Source of the DNA: Candidatus Poribacteria bacterium
GTDB lineage: Bacteria > Poribacteria > WGA-4E > PCPOR2b
Reading direction: 5' to 3'
Assembly (NCBI GenBank): GCA_965198175.1
Contig: OZ240245.1
Location: forward strand, 2,944,001-3,008,000
Length of the DNA stretch: 64,000 bases
The position numbers and the translations under genes are program-made. The first letter of the stretch is position 1, and each line of letters opens with the position of its first letter. Positions 59,060-64,000 of this stretch are shown here, one piece after another. The notes below the pieces were generated by a model that worked only from the letters and a program-made list of their open reading frames with translations, was not told where the DNA came from and did no database searches.

Positions 59060-61051
59060 TTAGAACGGTTTTACAATCACCGCCTTGGATACCAATGCAA
59101 TAGCGACCGTTCCCATACCGATGAGGCCTACGCCGCAAGTAAAGCCCGCCGCCAAAACAGGGTTAAACATAAACCACCGTTTCAAACCGAATCGCTTAAT
59201 CATATAAAATCGACCAATTACTGCCCCAATGAGCCGTGGTAACATCATCCCTGGGTCGGCGCCGATACCACCCACGATACCGTAAAACCACATACTCGGC
59301 ATCTTCCCCAACCAGAGGAGTCCGTAGATAGCTAGCGAGCCGGTGAACCCTGTCGCAACGTAATCGCCTCGGATGGCTTGCAACATCTGGCTGCTACCGT
59401 CGCGGAGCGAAGTCTTCCACAGACATTCGTTAGTTGCGTAAATGGGCCACCAAGTTTGGGCAAAAGGATATTGCGCAGAAGGAATAGGCGCAATTTTCCA
59501 AATGAAATGCCATACCAGAATTCCAGAAACAAGTAAAATCGGCATAATCAAAAGATGGGCTGCGATGTTACTTGTAAAGCTAGTCCCCGTCAGTTCACAC
59601 ACACGCCAGCCTTGGGTGCCACGACCATAGTCTTCGTCTGGCAATGGAACAAACCAGATGTCGATCTCCTCGTAGCGGCTCAAGATAAATGTTGTCTCGT
59701 GGATATAGGGAATTTCGAAGAGATCCCGACCCAACACCCCAAACGTCCGCGCCGTGACGTAGGAATTTAGCGGGGTGTATATAAAGGCAAAGCCGAGCAA
59801 GAATTTCACTGGGAAATTCGGCACCATCCAATGCACCATCCACACAAAGCCAATCATGCCGATAAGCCACAATCCCAGCATCAGCCAGAGCGGAAAATCT
59901 CCGCGGCCCGGCGGTGTTTGGAGCGACCCACGCACACCAGTAGTTTCCCCTCTAGCGGATCGGAATTTCAGAAGCATCGGAACAGATGCGGCAAGCCCAA
60001 CGACCGCGAAGCTGAAAGCTTTGCCCATATTAGCGCTAATCCAAAAATCCAATCCGTTAAATAACCCTGCGCCTCGGACATCCAAACCGGGACGCCATTG
60101 ATGTAAAATTTCACGAGGGTAGAGAATCTGCGGGTTCAGGAAAAACTGAGTAAACATTGCCGCGATAAATTCGGTCATCACCACGGGAAAAGGCAGCACA
60201 AACCCAAAGAGAATCTGCCCAAAGTCAGTGGAGAGGGCAAACACTCCTGTGGGAGCGAAGCCTTCGATACTTGGTGTAAAATCGATGAATGGGATTTTGA
60301 GAATCTCAATCGGTTTTGACATCATCACACCAGTGAGCGAAGGGATGCCGATATAGAGGAAACCCCACAGTAGCCCCGCCATAGAACCAATAGAAAACAC
60401 GCGCCAACGCCATGTTTCCGCCCTCCCTGTGGTTTCTGCTAGAGCAGTTGCTCCTTGTGCTTCAATGGGGGCTAGTGGATACGGCAGTCGTTCTAGATCG
60501 GCGGTGAGCCGGAACAAAAAATAACCTGCACTGATATGTCGAATCGTCCCAAGCAGCCTCATAATCAGAAAGATCCAGATAGGCGTCCACCAATCCATGT
60601 GTAACAGCGATCTTTCTGCAATCGCAACCGAATCCGGTGAAGGCGCAACCCAAAAAGGAATCTTGTCAGCAATTTCATATTGCTCTGCCTGCTGCGTTTG
60701 GACAAAGTACGCGTACCAGATGAAACTACGGTAGTTAAGCCCCGACCCGACTGCCGCTCCAGTCAGCCCAAGCAGTATGAACAGTTCCTGTCGTTTGGCG
60801 GTGGTAAAGGATCGCCGCGCCAATTCGGTAAATAATATGACCGCTACCCACGGCGCGGCGCCCGCGCCCGTTTGCCCCGACACTAACTGCAGATAGATTG
60901 AGCCCGGCATCATCAACAGCCCCACAAAAAGTGCTCCTATAAATACCTTGAGCGTTAAGCCAGATTCAAATGTCCGAATCCCGCCTTCCATATCGTAACG
61001 CTGAGCCCAAGCCTGCCACTCCTCGGCCTGCGATATTCTCTCTCTCGCCAA
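59060..61051 (-). CDS. Polytopic membrane protein, OPT/peptide-transporter-like
   Basis: About 15 hydrophobic segments, D.ERLPYP.A motif, P.P S..YP. Confidence 0.65.
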   Translation of the reverse strand: MARERISQAEEWQAWAQRYDMEGGIRTFESGLTLKVFIGALFVGLLMMPGSIYLQLVSGQTGAGAAPWVAVILFTELARRSFTTAKRQELFILLGLTGAAVGSGLNYRSFIWYAYFVQTQQAEQYEIADKIPFWVAPSPDSVAIAERSLLHMDWWTPIWIFLIMRLLGTIRHISAGYFLFRLTADLERLPYPLAPIEAQGATALAETTGRAETWRWRVFSIGSMAGLLWGFLYIGIPSLTGVMMSKPIEILKIPFIDFTPSIEGFAPTGVFALSTDFGQILFGFVLPFPVVMTEFIAAMFTQFFLNPQILYPREILHQWRPGLDVRGAGLFNGLDFWISANMGKAFSFAVVGLAASVPMLLKFRSARGETTGVRGSLQTPPGRGDFPLWLMLGLWLIGMIGFVWMVHWMVPNFPVKFLLGFAFIYTPLNSYVTARTFGVLGRDLFEIPYIHETTFILSRYEEIDIWFVPLPDEDYGRGTQGWRVCELTGTSFTSNIAAHLLIMPILLVSGILVWHFIWKIAPIPSAQYPFAQTWWPIYATNECLWKTSLRDGSSQMLQAIRGDYVATGFTGSLAIYGLLWLGKMPSMWFYGIVGGIGADPGMMLPRLIGAVIGRFYMIKRFGLKRWFMFNPVLAAGFTCGVGLIGMGTVAIALVSKAVIVKPF

Positions 61052-61126
61052 ATTAAAATCTCCTTTCGTAGCACGTGACGGAATGCGCGAAAGTCCAGAC
61101 GTACTACGTGTTCGTATTACGTACTA

Positions 61127-61306
61127 TTATTTCTTATCCTGAAAGAGTTCCTCCCAAATGTGGGCGATGAAGATAGCAACAATTAGGATTGCAGCCGATA
61201 GGATTAGGGGCTGCCATCGCCCGCCCAAAAAGAAGATTGAAATGACCCAAAGAATCACGCCGATGACTATAAAAAAACTCGCTAATTTTTCTCCGAAGTT
61301 TCCCAT
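61127..61306 (-). CDS. Small two-TM membrane protein (59 aa)
   Basis: MGNFGEKLASFFIVIGVILWVISIFFLGGRWQPLILSAAILIVAIFIAHIWEELFQDKK*, AAGGA upstream; below the ORF-track cutoff. Confidence 0.65.
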   Translation of the reverse strand: MGNFGEKLASFFIVIGVILWVISIFFLGGRWQPLILSAAILIVAIFIAHIWEELFQDKK

Positions 61307-61437
61307 GCGCGTTGTTTTCCTTCGCGTAATGTTTGAAATGTCTTAATCTACTAGCTAAGGCATCAACAGATTGACCGTGCGGTTGGATGCTTTCAATTCG
61401 GCACGGCGGGGAAGCCTAAAGGACCTGCTACAATTCG

Positions 61438-64000
61438 TCAATCCGCCGGTTGAGGTGCTAGGTCGAGGCTAGGTGCCTCGGTGAAGTGCCGCTCGTGGCG
61501 ACCGCGTTCATGGAATTCACCACGAACATCAGCGCTAAAGGTTCGCCAGACCAGCAATTGCTTGCGAATTAGGTTCAAGAAGCGACGGTTGACGCGCTTC
61601 CAAGAAGCAATTTCTCCACTTTCACGGTGTACATCAAGGGTGATGTTGTAGAGTTCCTCTTCTTCTCCGCCAACTGGGGAAGTTACGAATCGAATTGATT
61701 GACCGACTCCAAGATCGTAGGGCGCTACCCAAGCCATCATGCTAATCACGTACGATTCTTTTTGCCTGCCTTCAATCTCTTCCGTTGACCGGCTAAACGA
61801 GATCTCGTCAGTATAGAAGTCGCTGGCAGATTCGTCGGAGTGGGCTTCAAAATAGTCCCGCATAAATACGTTCAAGCCAAGTGATTCCTCGGAGAGAACG
61901 GTGAAAGGAAGATCGAAATGCCACTCATCACCTTCTGGTTCTGGTAACTTCCACTTCCGTTCGATATCGGGGACAGCCATCCGTCCGGCTTTAACTGCGG
62001 GGTAGAGTGTGCTGCTGACTACCACCAGCATCACAATAATGGTTGCCACCACTGTTGACATTGATGAGTAATTGAGGGTCAATCCGGCAAGCCAGCCGAA
62101 ATTTACCAAGACAGTTGCAACGACTTGACCAAGTAGGTAACCGAGCACTGCCCCCACAATCGCATATACACATGCCTCTGCCAAGAACAGAAATGCAATA
62201 TGCACCGGAGCTAGCCCCACGGAGCTGTAAATGCCAATCTCCCGAACTCTCTCGTAGACTGCACCGAGCATTGTATTGAGTACTATCAAAGACGCGATGA
62301 GGATTGGCACAAACAGGTTCCCCATCCCAGAAAAGGAAGTCATCCCAATTGAACTGTAGAGGTAGGTATCTTTGTTCCGACCGACAAAAAAGTCGAGCGC
62401 GATGCGGCTCATAAGGGGCGCCATGATTAAATCTAGTTTATCAACTCCGGTCAGGAACGGCGGATCGCCTTCTTGTGGATCCATATTTACCGCCACTGAT
62501 CGCAACGTTCCACCTTGGTTAATAATCACCTCGTATGGCAAAATTGCGATGCTATCAGGTGTAAGGTGCAGGTATTTCTGCAACTCTCCTTCGAGGGTTT
62601 CTTCTCCTTCTCCTCCACGCGATTGCTGCTGATGCATTAGTTGATAATCGACAGGAGTAAGCTCTTCTCCATCATTGTCGGTCAAATCCTTAAAGCCAAT
62701 GCCCAACACACCGGTGACAGTAAATTTGGCTCCATAAACCGAGATGGTCGCTTTCCCCATGTCAGCTTCGGTGATTTCTAGGAGATCCGCCATGCCTTTC
62801 GGCAAGACGCACGCATACGGCCATTGAGTCGGCCACTCCGCTTCGTCAGCAGGGTCAAACCATTTGCCATACTGGAGGTAGCGATCAATGCCGGTGACCC
62901 CCGGTTCATCTGGACTCATACCCACTAGCATGTTTGCCGCAAAGCTTAGTGGCTGACCGGTCAATGGATCTTTCGGCGGCACACGATCCTTGGGATTGCC
63001 GATACGCGTCATCTGCACGAACGACTGATCGCCGGTACCCGACGATTGATACCACGCCCGCGGGGCAACAACGTTGTGTACGGTGATATACGCCCCATCT
63101 TTCAGTCCACCGGCAGATGTCGAGGATACCTCCTCAACCCCAATGCCACTTTGGCTTTCATTTTTAACCGAGGCAAGTAGTGTAGCAATTTCTGCCGGGG
63201 ACTTCCCTCTCTTTTTCAACAGCACCCGGAGTTCATTTTCACCAATCCGCGTTTTTTGCATGTCGTTCATCACCGATGTGATCACTGGTTCCTCTAAGGG
63301 AATCCAGTATTGATCGCGAATCAACATCCCTGTGTATTTAGGCGTTACAGAAGGCAAGGAGGTGCTGTTGGGCTGCATAAAGGTACGAACCGATGTGAAG
63401 GAGATTACCGTAAAGGTTAAAATCACCAGCGTGGCACATGTGAGGAAAGTGCGCCCTTTCCGCTTGCGCATATTGGAGATACCAAGGCTAAATGCCGCGG
63501 CAGAAGCGGCAAGCCGACCAACATCCGCTTTGTAGACCTTTGAGCGCTCCTGCTTGATCTGTTCTAATTGTTCTTCAAACTTCCGGATGATGATACTGAT
63601 CACGATTACAGTCAATGCCAGCACAACGAAGGCGATTAGGATGATAACCGGCGTTGTGGTAATCTGGAAGGCAGGATGTGCTTGCGAGAGGAAAAAGAAC
63701 ACCACGATAAAGATTGCAAACACCCCGAGAATTTGTTTTTGAACATCTGAAAATGCGAAAATCAGACGTTCCATAAAGTACGCAAAGGGAATTAGCAGTG
63801 CAAGATAGAACATGACACCATTAACGACATCGTTACCCGTCTTCTTGACATCTGGATAGGCGCGCGATTCGTAGCCCCATGCCCCGCGGGCGAGCTTCAT
63901 CGCCATCGAATAGTCCTTTTTATCCAAAGCAACTTCTGCCTGTTCCAAATGTTCGTGTGAAAAGAGGTGCAGCTTATCTAGTCGATCGCTGCTAATGCCG
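61438..64000 (-). CDS. Large FtsX/MacB-like permease-domain membrane protein (5' end outside the window)
   Basis: NMRKRK.RT.LT, NTM...V.ER.REIGI.SS.GL.P.HI..LFLAE, LNYSS; frame is open to the window edge. Confidence 0.85.
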   Translation of the reverse strand, partial: GISSDRLDKLHLFSHEHLEQAEVALDKKDYSMAMKLARGAWGYESRAYPDVKKTGNDVVNGVMFYLALLIPFAYFMERLIFAFSDVQKQILGVFAIFIVVFFFLSQAHPAFQITTTPVIILIAFVVLALTVIVISIIIRKFEEQLEQIKQERSKVYKADVGRLAASAAAFSLGISNMRKRKGRTFLTCATLVILTFTVISFTSVRTFMQPNSTSLPSVTPKYTGMLIRDQYWIPLEEPVITSVMNDMQKTRIGENELRVLLKKRGKSPAEIATLLASVKNESQSGIGVEEVSSTSAGGLKDGAYITVHNVVAPRAWYQSSGTGDQSFVQMTRIGNPKDRVPPKDPLTGQPLSFAANMLVGMSPDEPGVTGIDRYLQYGKWFDPADEAEWPTQWPYACVLPKGMADLLEITEADMGKATISVYGAKFTVTGVLGIGFKDLTDNDGEELTPVDYQLMHQQQSRGGEGEETLEGELQKYLHLTPDSIAILPYEVIINQGGTLRSVAVNMDPQEGDPPFLTGVDKLDLIMAPLMSRIALDFFVGRNKDTYLYSSIGMTSFSGMGNLFVPILIASLIVLNTMLGAVYERVREIGIYSSVGLAPVHIAFLFLAEACVYAIVGAVLGYLLGQVVATVLVNFGWLAGLTLNYSSMSTVVATIIVMLVVVSSTLYPAVKAGRMAVPDIERKWKLPEPEGDEWHFDLPFTVLSEESLGLNVFMRDYFEAHSDESASDFYTDEISFSRSTEEIEGRQKESYVISMMAWVAPYDLGVGQSIRFVTSPVGGEEEELYNITLDVHRESGEIASWKRVNRRFLNLIRKQLLVWRTFSADVRGEFHERGRHERHFTEAPSLDLAPQPAD

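Overview
Gene-dense bacterial chromosomal window from a diderm organism. It is probably Candidatus Poribacteria, inferred from a LamG protein ending in the TVSPTGKLATTWGTLK-type motif together with PhyH, Gfo/Idh/MocA and TIM-barrel isomerase genes. Most genes are housekeeping or catabolic (coaBC, topA, accD, rpiA, pheA, queG, pdxA, an EF-G paralog, three tRNAs, envelope proteins). Five accessory features stand out: (i) an unannotated 84-aa DUF5069-like ORF with an in-frame UGA at the conserved Cys and a SECIS-like hairpin, a candidate selenoprotein; (ii) a putative defence island at 17.2-22.7 kb with a membrane-anchored PD-(D/E)XK nuclease, a UDG-like protein, a hypothetical, an Nmad3-domain protein and an XamI-like restriction-modification pair; (iii) a UbiA prenyltransferase plus DxDD class II terpene cyclase pair; (iv) a collapsed CRISPR-Cas remnant beside the tRNAs (WYL C-terminal fragment, cas2, leader, single 37-bp repeat); (v) an uncharacterised operon at the right edge encoding a FtsX-like permease, an OPT-like membrane protein, a PqqD/RRE protein and an ABC ATPase. 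All family calls come from motif recognition by eye; no searches were run.
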